Source: Candidatus Poribacteria bacterium
GTDB lineage: Bacteria > Poribacteria > WGA-4E > WGA-3G
Assembly (NCBI GenBank): GCA_965197475.1
Contig: CBDANF010000002.1
Coordinates: 544,001-608,000, forward strand
DNA: 64,000 bases
Direction: 5' to 3'
In this document: in pieces, positions 38,107-48,006 of the stretch
Numbering within the stretch: the first letter of the stretch is position 1
How the letters are laid out: each line of letters starts with the position of its first letter
Notes under the pieces: generated by a model
The model's database searches: none
The model's input: the letters and a program-made list of their open reading frames with translations, nothing else
Told to the model about the DNA's origin: nothing
Translations under genes and position numbers: made by a program

Positions 38107-39330
38107 TTAACCACTTAATGCTTGTTGTGCTTCAAAAATAGGTAGAATCATCGCTACAGCGATAAATCCGATAAGTAGACCCATAATTAAAATTACTAAG
38201 GGGCTAATAGAACTCGTCAACCTTTCCAGGCTCTTCTTGATTTCCATGTCGTAGTATTCAGACAACTTTGTCAGCATCGTGACGGGTTCACCAGATTCCT
38301 CACCTACAGCGATCATGTGGGTTACGAGGGAAGGAAAGTCCTTGCTTTTTTCTAATTCATGTGAGAGTGTAGACCCTTGTTCTACCTCTTTTTCTGCTTC
38401 AGAGATAATATTACTGTAAACCTTATTTCCAATAGTATCTTTAACAACTTTCAAGGCAGGGAGCATGCGTACTCCGTTTTCTAAAAGAGTCGCCATGGTA
38501 CGTGTAAACCGAACGATAGCAAATGTGCTAAAGACGGGTCCGATGAGTGGGATTTTAAGCTTAATGCGATCAAGCCATACCTTTCCCGCTTCCGTACGAA
38601 AGTATTGTCGGAGAAATGTTGCAATAACGCTAATCACGAGCAATCCTAACCACCAAAAGTTTGCAAAAGCATCCGAAACTGAAATCAGGATTTGAGTCGG
38701 AAGCGGTAGATCACGACCGAACTCAAGGAACATCGCTGTGAATTTAGGGATAACGAGTACCATTAGAACTATGATCGCTGTTACCATCAATCCAAAGAGA
38801 ATTGCAGGATAGAAGAGTGCTGAAACAACTTGGTTTCTGAGGATACGTTGTCTCTCAGCGAACTCTGCAAGTCGTTCCAAAACTTCTCCTAATACACCGC
38901 CCGCTTCGCCTGCTTTGACCATGTTGACGTAGAGTTCGGAAAAGATTTTTGGATGTTGGTTCAACGCATCGTTAAACGTTGCGCCGTGTTCAACATCGTA
39001 TTTTATCTGCGAAATAATACGGTGTAATTCCGGATTCGTAATCTGTTTTAATGCTACCTCTAAGGCACGTGGTAGTGCAACGTGAGCACCTACTAACGCT
39101 GCGAGCTCATAGGTAAAAAATTCGACTTCAGTAGATTTAACTTTACGCGTTCCGAAACTAAACAATCGTTTCGCTTTGGTTTCAAGGACTTCACCCTCCT
39201 CCACAATTTGTGTCGGCCAGTATCCCATCTGTCGCAATTGCGCAATAAGCTCACCTTTAGAGTCTGCTTCTAAAGTGTTGCTGACTGTAGCACCCGTATA
39301 GGTGATAGCTTCATATTGAAATCTTGGCAT
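38107..39330 (-). CDS. gspF: GspF/PilC platform protein
   Basis: HPKIFSELYVNMVKAGEAGG.L..VLERLA, ALFYP, LPLPT, MIAVGEESG. Confidence 0.93.
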   Translation of the reverse strand: MPRFQYEAITYTGATVSNTLEADSKGELIAQLRQMGYWPTQIVEEGEVLETKAKRLFSFGTRKVKSTEVEFFTYELAALVGAHVALPRALEVALKQITNPELHRIISQIKYDVEHGATFNDALNQHPKIFSELYVNMVKAGEAGGVLGEVLERLAEFAERQRILRNQVVSALFYPAILFGLMVTAIIVLMVLVIPKFTAMFLEFGRDLPLPTQILISVSDAFANFWWLGLLVISVIATFLRQYFRTEAGKVWLDRIKLKIPLIGPVFSTFAIVRFTRTMATLLENGVRMLPALKVVKDTIGNKVYSNIISEAEKEVEQGSTLSHELEKSKDFPSLVTHMIAVGEESGEPVTMLTKLSEYYDMEIKKSLERLTSSISPLVILIMGLLIGFIAVAMILPIFEAQQALSG

Positions 39331-39436
39331 GGTCAATCTCTCATATTAATAGCGTAATGTATTCAGTTAATTACCTAAGCTGTGTGTAATAGTGTTATTC
39401 CTCAGTTTGAAACATGAAACCTTGTTTAGAATTACC

Positions 39437-41308
39437 TTAATCACCCGCCTCAAGATCTTTAGCAAAATCGAGAGCATCTTCTTGGGTGAGCCGCAGCACT
39501 TCATAAATAGTTGTTAATCCTTCAGTAACCTTTTTCCATCCATCTTCACGTAAACTTTTCATACCCAATTTCACTGCAAGCTTGCGTAGTTCACTGGTTG
39601 AGGCATGTTGAAGTGTCAGCGTCCGTAGTTCTTCATTCATAAAAATAACTTCAAACATTCCGATTCTTCCTCTGTAACCTTTACGACATTCTTTACACCC
39701 ATCATCGTTTGCGCGTGGAATTTCAAGATTTGCTTCCACATGGACACCGTTGTTTCCAAAGATTCCGGCAATTTCCTCTGCACTTGGCTGATACATTTCG
39801 CAGCAAGCTTTGCAGACACGTCGTGCTAATCGCTGTGCTATAATTCCTTCTACCGTAGAGGCAACCAAATACGGTTCAACCTTCATATCAATGAGGCGTG
39901 TGATAGCACCCGGCGCATCATTTGTGTGTAGTGTGCTGAAAACAATGTGTCCTGTAAGTGAAGTATGAATAGCCATTTCGGCTGTTTCGTAATCACGAAT
40001 CTCACCGACCAGTACCTTATCAGGGTCTTGCCGTAAAATATGTCTTAATCCGTCTGCAAATGTGAAATCAATATCAGGGTTAACTTGAATTTGGTTTATC
40101 CCTTCTAATTCATATTCAACTGGGTCTTCAAGCGTAATGATTTTAACTTCAGGCGTGTTGATCTCTTTCAAACAAGCATAAAGTGATGTGGTTTTACCGC
40201 TTCCAGTGGGACCTGTTGCCAGGATAATACCGTGCGGTTTGTAAATCATTCGCTGGAAGAGTTCATAATTATCATCGGTTAACCCGAGCTCCGCTAATCC
40301 GAATTCAATGGATTGGCGGTCAAGAATACGTAGCACAACACTTTCACTATGTTGGGTCGCCACGGTAGGGACTGTAGAAACACGAAGGTCGATCTGACGG
40401 TTGCCGAGACTACTAATTTCTTTATTAATTTTTCCATCTTGTGGACGGCGCCGCTCTGCTACGTCCATCTCAGCCATAATTTTGACACGAGAGATGATAG
40501 CTGATTGGAGATATGCAGGCGGTTGCTGCTGGTCCTCCAATACACCATCAATCCGATATCTAATTTTCAGTTCGGTGGGGTAAGGTTCAATGTGAATATC
40601 ACTTGCCCCTACCCGCACAGCATCAATGATCATCTGGTCAACTGCCTGAACAACTGTTGGGTCTTCACTGAGATCCTTTTCGTCAATACCAAAGTCTTCA
40701 ATCCGTTCACGTTCGATTGTTGCAGCCGCGCCAACTGGCCCCTTGATTCCCGCACTCAGGATAGAAGCAGCATCCTTACCGTAGGATCTGACAATTGTAT
40801 CCGATATTTCGTCTTCATCGGAAAGAAAAGGGTTAATCTCACAACCGGTGACATATTGGATTTCATCAATTAGCATTACATCTTGAACATCTGCAATTGC
40901 GACAGTGAGAACCTTATCTTCAAGATTCACGGGCACAATCTTTCTGCGATAGGCAAAACTTGCCGGCACCTTCTCAAGTGCTTCCTTTTCAGGGTCTACT
41001 TCTTCTAATTGTAGAATAGGTGTCCCGGATACGCGCCCTTTTTTGGCAAGTTCAAGAACTTTGGGGGACACATATTCGGAAATAATTGATTCTTCAGATT
41101 CGCCTGCCTTTTCAATTTCATCCAGAATTTGTCGATAACTTTGTGATTCGGACTCGGAAGCTCCGCCTGTCGTGTCCTCAGGTTGGATAGGTTTATTTGC
41201 CCAACTTTCAAGTATTTTCACATGAATTTCCTGATATTCTTGTTCTGAAATCAGGTCCGCTTCTCGTAGTACTTCAACGAGCGATTTTTTTCTGGGTGCA
41301 CCGTACAT
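39437..41308 (-). CDS. gspE: GspE/PilB assembly ATPase
   Basis: ASDIHIEP, RRPQDG, GPTGSGKTT, TLEDPVEY, LRQDPD, TGH..FSTLHTN, Cys tetrad. Confidence 0.95.
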   Translation of the reverse strand: MYGAPRKKSLVEVLREADLISEQEYQEIHVKILESWANKPIQPEDTTGGASESESQSYRQILDEIEKAGESEESIISEYVSPKVLELAKKGRVSGTPILQLEEVDPEKEALEKVPASFAYRRKIVPVNLEDKVLTVAIADVQDVMLIDEIQYVTGCEINPFLSDEDEISDTIVRSYGKDAASILSAGIKGPVGAAATIERERIEDFGIDEKDLSEDPTVVQAVDQMIIDAVRVGASDIHIEPYPTELKIRYRIDGVLEDQQQPPAYLQSAIISRVKIMAEMDVAERRRPQDGKINKEISSLGNRQIDLRVSTVPTVATQHSESVVLRILDRQSIEFGLAELGLTDDNYELFQRMIYKPHGIILATGPTGSGKTTSLYACLKEINTPEVKIITLEDPVEYELEGINQIQVNPDIDFTFADGLRHILRQDPDKVLVGEIRDYETAEMAIHTSLTGHIVFSTLHTNDAPGAITRLIDMKVEPYLVASTVEGIIAQRLARRVCKACCEMYQPSAEEIAGIFGNNGVHVEANLEIPRANDDGCKECRKGYRGRIGMFEVIFMNEELRTLTLQHASTSELRKLAVKLGMKSLREDGWKKVTEGLTTIYEVLRLTQEDALDFAKDLEAGD

Positions 41309-41800
41309 AGTATAATAGTTCCTTATCAATTTTCAGATAACTAGCAATTTTTGACGCAGTATAACTTAATTTGGTTTAAATCAACTGCTCAAAACACTTT
41401 TATGGTTGTCCGTTTAACCAATGTATCTAATCTTTATCACCTACGGTGTGGTTTGCACAAAGAAATATAGTATCCGCAGGGTTTAATACCTTGATGGGAA
41501 TAGTTGAACTTTCTAAATCACAGTGTCTTGAAAGGGAAAATTATGATCGGTTTCACTTTTCTTATGTGTAACTGCCTCTTTAAGACGAAGCATATTGGTA
41601 AAAGTTTAATATACCTACCGAAACGTTTTCACCGCGTAGAATTAAATTTATCGCCTTATCCTATTTTCAATCCACAAACGCAAGAAAATTAACGTGCATT
41701 TCTTTCGAAATTGTAGCCATTTACCCAAAAATGCGTATCATATACTGATCAACGGTTTCGTAATTATTTCGTTTTACTATAAACCGTCGTATTATTCTAT

Positions 41801-42711
41801 TATAGTAGATCCTGAAAATAAGTTTACATTTTCTGTGATTTATGTTAGCCTTTATGATTATGGCATATTCAACAGATGGACGCAAACGCGTGCTTGATTT
41901 CATCAATAATGGTGGCAGTAAAGCCGCCGCAGAACGCACCTTCGGTGTCTCAAGAAGGACGATCTATAACTGGTTAGAAGCAGAAGACCCCTTTGCCTAT
42001 GAGAAGCCGGATACCAAAGGGCCCCGACACATTGATTATGATGCGCTTCAACAACATGTTGCCGATTTTCCCGATAGCACACTCGCCGAACGTGCCAAAC
42101 ACTTCGGTGTTTCAACAAACGGCATCTTTTATGCCTTGGCAAAACTCAATATCACGCGAAAAAAAAGACCACGACCTACAAAGAACAGTGTCCGGTAAAA
42201 CGCCAAGAGTATCTCTCGGCACTTCAACAAGAGACACACGAGCATGGCAAAAAACCGGTTTATCTTGACGAAAGTGGTTTCACCGAAACCGATTTCCGTC
42301 GGTATGCTTATGCCCGAAAGGTGTCCGTGTTGAAGATAAAGTGCCAAGTCATCGGTATACCACCACAACCTTGATTGCGGCACGTCTTGATGGATGTTTC
42401 ACAGTGCCTGTGCTTTTCGAAGGTAGTTGCGATGCGGTTGCCTTCAACGCATGGCTTTCGGAGATGTTATGTCCTTTGCTTGACGACAGCCACGTTGTGA
42501 TTATGGATAATGCCTCTTTCCACAAAGGTTCACAAACAGAAGCATTGATCCGGGAATGCGGTGCAAGTTTGTTGTTTTTACCGCCGTATTCACCGGAGTT
42601 GAATCCGATTGAGAAGGATTTCGCTAACATCAAGCGGATACGTCAATACAACGCTGAGACCTCTATTGATGATATTATAAAAGTGTATAAGTAATTACAG
42701 GTTTTACTATA
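41801..42711 (+). mobile_element. IS630-family element with TA duplication; transposase inactivated
   Basis: TATAGTAGATCCTGAAAAT / ATTACAGGTTTTACTATA ends; MAYSTD HTH ORF; A8G slippery run near 42158; YLDESGF, IMDNASFH, LPPYSPELNPIE; extra 1-bp deletion near 42315. Confidence 0.88.
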
Positions 42712-42827
42712 AGACAAAAGTCTTATGTATAAGTTCGAATTTTCGGAAAAAAATGAGTGGTAGGTCGTTTATTCTGTGTTTTTCAGAAAATTTCACAGAT
42801 AAAGTCGTTTTTTTTTAAACAATTTGC

Positions 42828-42857
42828 TTGACAGAACGTTATAGTATAATGTATTAT
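42828..42857 (+). promoter_or_regulatory. Sigma-70-like promoter of the sigma-factor gene
   Basis: TTGACA-18 nt-TATTAT (a TATAAT is also present at 42845). Confidence 0.5.
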
Positions 42858-42906
42858 ATATCTTTGGTAGATTATGATAGAAATTTTTAATAAGGAGAGG
42901 AGACGA

Positions 42907-43875
42907 ATGGAAACCGAGTTTTTCGGTGAAACAGAAAACATCAATGGTGTTGACTCATATATAGATGAAGTGTATCCGTCGGAAGAAACGGAATATGTGA
43001 ACGACTACAAAGGTAGTGATCGGACTGCTTTAACGAGTTGGTTACGTAGTGTTGCGGGGCACCGTTTATTAACCCGCGAGGAAGAAGTTGAATTAGCGAA
43101 ACGGATTGAAGCGGGTGATACCTCTGCACGCGATGAGCTTGTTCAAGCTAATTTACGGCTTGTCATTTCTATTGCGGTCAGGTATCAGGGAAACAAGGTC
43201 CCGCTTGAAGACCTGATTCAGGAAGGAAATATTGGATTAATCAAGGCAGCAGGTAAGTTTGATTATCGGAAGGGTTTTAAGTTTAGCACATACGCGATTT
43301 GGTGGATTAAGCAATCAATTATGCGGACACTTGATAACTTTGCTCGGTCTATTCGGTTGCCGGCGTATATCGTCGCGAAGATGAACAAGTTTGACGCGAC
43401 CTATGCGGCACTTTGCCAAGAACTTCAGCGGGAACCGACACGTACCGAAATAGCGGAAGCACTTGACTTAACCGTCCAACAAGTAGAGGAAATCCTTACC
43501 TTTAATGCGGATACCATTTCAATGGATTTGCCTCTTGGGGATGAACGTACATCTCGTACGGCGGCGACGTTAGGTGATTTGATTGAAGACCCAACAACAG
43601 CTTCCGAAGATGGAGCGATTGAACAATTGATTACACATGATTTGGTAGAGCAATTTCTCAGCAAACTTTCTGAACGCGAGCAGCAGGTTTTGAAAATGCG
43701 TTTTGGTCTTGACGATGGAGAACGCAAAACACTTCGAGAAATCGGAGATGCCCTTGATGTAACCCGTGAACGTATACGACAGTTGGAAATCTATGCAATA
43801 TCTCAGTTAAGCAACCTTTACAACGAAATGGGTGAATTCCGCTCAGAATACAAGGCTGATCGAACGGCTGCTTGA
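42907..43875 (+). CDS. RNA polymerase sigma-70 factor, RpoD/RpoS-like without region 1.1
   Basis: LLTREEE, ANLRLVISIA, DLIQEGNIGL, KFSTYAIWWIKQ, RFGL, TLREIG..L.VTRERIRQ. Confidence 0.93.
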   Translation: METEFFGETENINGVDSYIDEVYPSEETEYVNDYKGSDRTALTSWLRSVAGHRLLTREEEVELAKRIEAGDTSARDELVQANLRLVISIAVRYQGNKVPLEDLIQEGNIGLIKAAGKFDYRKGFKFSTYAIWWIKQSIMRTLDNFARSIRLPAYIVAKMNKFDATYAALCQELQREPTRTEIAEALDLTVQQVEEILTFNADTISMDLPLGDERTSRTAATLGDLIEDPTTASEDGAIEQLITHDLVEQFLSKLSEREQQVLKMRFGLDDGERKTLREIGDALDVTRERIRQLEIYAISQLSNLYNEMGEFRSEYKADRTAA

Positions 43876-43898
43876 GTTGGATTCGCCGAAAGGTATTT

Positions 43899-44513
43899 AT
43901 GAAGAATCTGTTTAAAAAACTCGCGGGATCTGAAGCATCTTTATTGGAAGTTACAAAAACCGCGCAAGAAAAGATTCAAGCTGTTATTGATGCTGAAGAG
44001 GTGGAAGTGGAAGGACTGCGGATTGGTATTGAGGGACGCACTGCTTCTGCTTTCCAATATAGCCTTGGCTTGGCTACCGAAGCTGAAGAGGGCGACATCG
44101 TCCTTGATATTGGAAGTTTTAAGGTCTTGGTCGATTCAAAAAGTGTTGAAGACCTTAAAGGGGCTATTATTGACTACGTTGAAGACCTCAATTCAAGCGG
44201 ATTTAAGATAGAAAATCCGAATACGCCAACATGGGATAGTCCGAAGGCACAGAAGATTCAAGAACTGATTGATGAACGAATTAACCCAGCTGTCGCAGCA
44301 CATGGCGGGCAGATTGAATTATTAAACGTCGAAGACGATGCTATTTATATCCACATGGGGGGTGGGTGCCAAGGATGTGGCATGGCAAATGTTACGCTCA
44401 AACATGGCATTGAAGCGATGATTCAAGAAGTGTTCCCAGAGATTAAGCAAGTCATTGATACAACTGACCATGCATCGGGGACTAATCCCTATTATTCTGC
44501 AGGAAAAGGGTAG
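43899..44513 (+). CDS. nfuA: Fe-S biogenesis protein NfuA
   Basis: Cys-less ATC-like N-domain (GAIIDY..GFKIENPN) plus INPAVAAHGG..GGGCQGC..DTTDH..G.NPYY. Confidence 0.92.
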   Translation: MKNLFKKLAGSEASLLEVTKTAQEKIQAVIDAEEVEVEGLRIGIEGRTASAFQYSLGLATEAEEGDIVLDIGSFKVLVDSKSVEDLKGAIIDYVEDLNSSGFKIENPNTPTWDSPKAQKIQELIDERINPAVAAHGGQIELLNVEDDAIYIHMGGGCQGCGMANVTLKHGIEAMIQEVFPEIKQVIDTTDHASGTNPYYSAGKG

Positions 44514-44841
44514 AAGAAATTCCCCTGATTTCATAAGTTCGTTCTTACGAAAAGATTGCAATTGAATTCGAGACTGATTCGTTTAATATGTAACATAAAT
44601 TTGTAGCAAAAGTTCCACTATCGTCAACCATATTTTGCATAGAAGGATTTAAAAGTGTTTTAAAGAGAAAATTTAACTGCTTTCAACTAAGAAACTTCTT
44701 ATCGTCTTTTGTCTTTGCGGGTGCTGCTGTTTTGTGTGGTACTCAAGCGAATGGACGCAACACAGAAGCCACCCGCTTATCCAGACATTGGAGATTATCC
44801 CTGCATATACAACGCAGGAAACCAATAAAGGAGAAACGGAT

Positions 44842-46318
44842 ATGATGGAATTTGTAAAAGACTATTGGAAATCTTCTCTACTCGGTGCGCTTGGGGCACT
44901 CGTGTTACTCTATATCGGACTTTTTATTTACGATGGACTGACCCCGAGCGCAACACAAGAAGTAGTAGATACAGACACCCACAACGCCGCAAAACCACCT
45001 CCATCCGGTGCAAGACTTGCCGCGCGTATCTACCCCTCGAATCAAACGCGTGCGCACCAAGACAAATACCCGCCAAAACCGTGCACTGAAGAACATTGGA
45101 CCTATCCTCCCCATTACATGTGCCATTCCTGCACCACCACCACTCCCAACAGATGTCAAGACGCGCCTTATACAGCTACGGCGGAAAATGGTTATCGCAG
45201 GAACAATGTATGAAATACTGGATGGTGAAAAAGTTGTAACTGAGGCAGCACATAAAAGAAATTTTGAGATACTCGTTGGTGGTATGACTCCAGAGGATGC
45301 TGTCACCTTCCTTGAAACATATCAAATTTATAACCCTCTCATTTTAGACGAATTGGAACCTCGCCGTGCTATTGACTACCTCTATAAAGTAAGGGCGCGT
45401 TGGAAAGACAGAGAAACTTATGCAAGAGGTGTTCTTGCCAGAGCCCCAGACAACCCGGATGCCCAAATGGTGCTGCTGAGTGCTGAACCGGATAACACGA
45501 TAGCGGCTGCAGGATACCGAGATATCGTTAACAGAGATCCTGAGAATCTTCGTGCACTAAACGGTTTAGGATATCGGTTACATTACGATCAACCAGAGGA
45601 AGCGATTGAATACCTAAAGAAAGCGAACAGTCTTGACGCTACACGCGGGTTGTTTAATTTGGGATTGGCGTCCGAACGCCTCGGCGATGTCAAAACCGCA
45701 TGGCTTTACTACAGGAAGCAGCAAACGATACAGAACGGTGACCTCGTTGAACTACATAAACGCGCCATTGAAATGGGCAACCCGTTGTATAAACCGATTT
45801 CGCGCACACCTTCCTCAATATCTGAATCCGATGAAATGCTAATGGACATTGGAGAGATGACACACGAGCAAACGTTCGCACCGGTGGCAGAAGAAACTCC
45901 ATGGCTACCGGAACTTCCATCCCAGGAACGCCACCCATCGGAAAATCAACTGACAGACAAGGATAGCCAAAAAGCCACACGTGCAGAAGCCATACGTGCA
46001 GAATTTCAACGACAGCAAGCCACCGCACAACAGGAGCTTGACGATTTCCTCAAATGGGCAGAAAGCATCATGAATGCGGAAGATACTAATAACCTTGATG
46101 ACTTCCTATCCAAGGAATTCGCGGCACACCTCAACGGCGGTGATGCACAATTTGCCCCGGAACGCACCGTCCGCGCTTATGAAATGATTGAACGATACGG
46201 TCCCGAAAAAGGCTTGCAACGGCTTAAAACAAAGGACCCTGAACTTGCGGAACAGATGGAACGTCTCCTTGAAGCAAAACAACCATCTCGCCGTAATAAC
46301 TCGCAAAACAGAAAATGA
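44842..46318 (+). pseudogene. Membrane-anchored TPR-repeat protein with a frameshift near 45005-45130
   Basis: AAGGAG-ATG 44842 gives MMEFVKDYW + TM + KPPP; the TPR body (ALNGLG..EEAIEYLKKA..LFNLG) is in a different frame (ORF 45008-46318). Confidence 0.6.
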
Positions 46319-46377
46319 AGAATGTCCCAGTGTTTTAGATTTAACCATAAACCCATCATTGAAAAAAGGAGATTCAA

Positions 46378-47979
46378 ATGAGATTTACATGTATTTTAAT
46401 CGGCATCTTGTGCCTTCTATGCCTTTTTAACCATGGAAACACCACCCTGGATGCGCAGCAAACAACATCCATCCAGATCGAACAACCATATCTTGACCCA
46501 AATTGGCGGCCAGAGGCGGGCTACTCACTGACTTTTGAGATAAGAGTCACCGTGCCTGCTGATTTCTCCAGTGGGACGCTGATCGCAGTACTCCAGAATG
46601 TGACTAATTATGCCGGTAAAAGTGGAAATGTGGCTGTCCCATCTGACGAAGGCGGCAATCTGGCTGCAGATCTGAAACTACATCAAACGACAGGCTGGTC
46701 GGGGAGCGAGAGTCAGCTCAGCTACACCCTCAGCGGGACAACAGCATCGCATACAGTGTCCCTCCAAGTTAACTGTAAAGATTATGCTGCCTATGGCGAA
46801 TTAAAATTGACAGCATCCGGATCCGGTTATACATCAAACGAGGTCGTTATAAAAATTCCCAAAGATGACAATGGGAATAAAATTGCCGATGGTTGGCAAA
46901 ACGATGTGGACGAGAACGACGAGAACAGAAGCGAAAATTATGACCCGGATGCCGATGCGGATAGTGGTCCCAATTCCAATTCTAATTTTGGTGATGGCAT
47001 CACTGTAATTAACGAATACAGAGGCCTCAATGTCAGCGGCACATGGACAGATACCGACCCAAACGGATGGGATGTCTTTATCCGATCCAAGGTTGGCAGC
47101 GGTGATGCAGGTGCCTTACCCATGACCGTCCATGATATGTCAGAAACGGAAGTATCGTGGATTACCGGGCGGGTCTATCCTTTTGGAATCGGAAGTCAAA
47201 AGGTTTACGCCATTAGACTTGGAGATACCGCAGATGAGAGATCTAGCGAAACAACACTTGGATCTATGAGACAAGGACCTACCCATAGCTACTCAACGGG
47301 GTGGGTAGATGTGGGGCGGATAGAGGAACATGTAGATAATACAGTTGTAAGTGTCAATGAACGCGATTTTTTAGATGGTGCCATTGCACATGAAATCGGG
47401 CACGCGGTTAATCTCTCCCACTGTCCGGATATTGACTGTCCGAACTGTTATATGTGGCGCCAACCTGATTGGCCAATGGCGTATGTAACCCAATTCGCAG
47501 CGCATCATAATTCAGACTACGATTTAACATACGACGGACACATTTATCTGAGTAGCAGTATTCTTACATTCCCTGATAGAGGGTATAGTAGTAATAGAGG
47601 TGTACATATCCGACAAGTTGAAGACGTTAATGGAGACGGTGTTATCAATATTTCGGACCTAACCATAGTTGCGTCAAAGCTGGGTAGTAGTTGGAGCAAC
47701 AACCATCCTACGGATGTTAACAGTGACAGTAGCACCGATATTTCAGATTTGATGCTTGTGGCACAAGAATTAGGCAATACGGCTACCGAATTTCCACATC
47801 TGCCTGAAGACGTTAATGATGACCGTGTTGTCAATATTTTGGATCTACTCGTGGTTAGTTCAAACCTTGGACAGAGCGGAGCACATGCTGCGGATGTTAA
47901 CTGTGACGGAACCGTTGATATTTTAGATTTAGTGCGGGTGGTATCGGCATTTGGGATGACGGTTGCCCCTGAAGAATAG
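46378..47979 (+). CDS. Secreted metzincin-like Zn protease with two C-terminal dockerin-like domains
   Basis: Signal peptide; AHEIGHAVNLSH plus downstream CYM; four DVNxD..V.I.DL repeats. Confidence 0.8.
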   Translation: MRFTCILIGILCLLCLFNHGNTTLDAQQTTSIQIEQPYLDPNWRPEAGYSLTFEIRVTVPADFSSGTLIAVLQNVTNYAGKSGNVAVPSDEGGNLAADLKLHQTTGWSGSESQLSYTLSGTTASHTVSLQVNCKDYAAYGELKLTASGSGYTSNEVVIKIPKDDNGNKIADGWQNDVDENDENRSENYDPDADADSGPNSNSNFGDGITVINEYRGLNVSGTWTDTDPNGWDVFIRSKVGSGDAGALPMTVHDMSETEVSWITGRVYPFGIGSQKVYAIRLGDTADERSSETTLGSMRQGPTHSYSTGWVDVGRIEEHVDNTVVSVNERDFLDGAIAHEIGHAVNLSHCPDIDCPNCYMWRQPDWPMAYVTQFAAHHNSDYDLTYDGHIYLSSSILTFPDRGYSSNRGVHIRQVEDVNGDGVINISDLTIVASKLGSSWSNNHPTDVNSDSSTDISDLMLVAQELGNTATEFPHLPEDVNDDRVVNILDLLVVSSNLGQSGAHAADVNCDGTVDILDLVRVVSAFGMTVAPEE

Positions 47980-48006
47980 CACGTTTGATGCAAGGAGAAA
48001 CTGACA

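Noticed and set aside
33715-41308. Competence (DNA uptake) pilus
   Set aside because: The major pilin is GspG-type, no pilT, comEC or comF is in the window, and the HhH modules are acidic.
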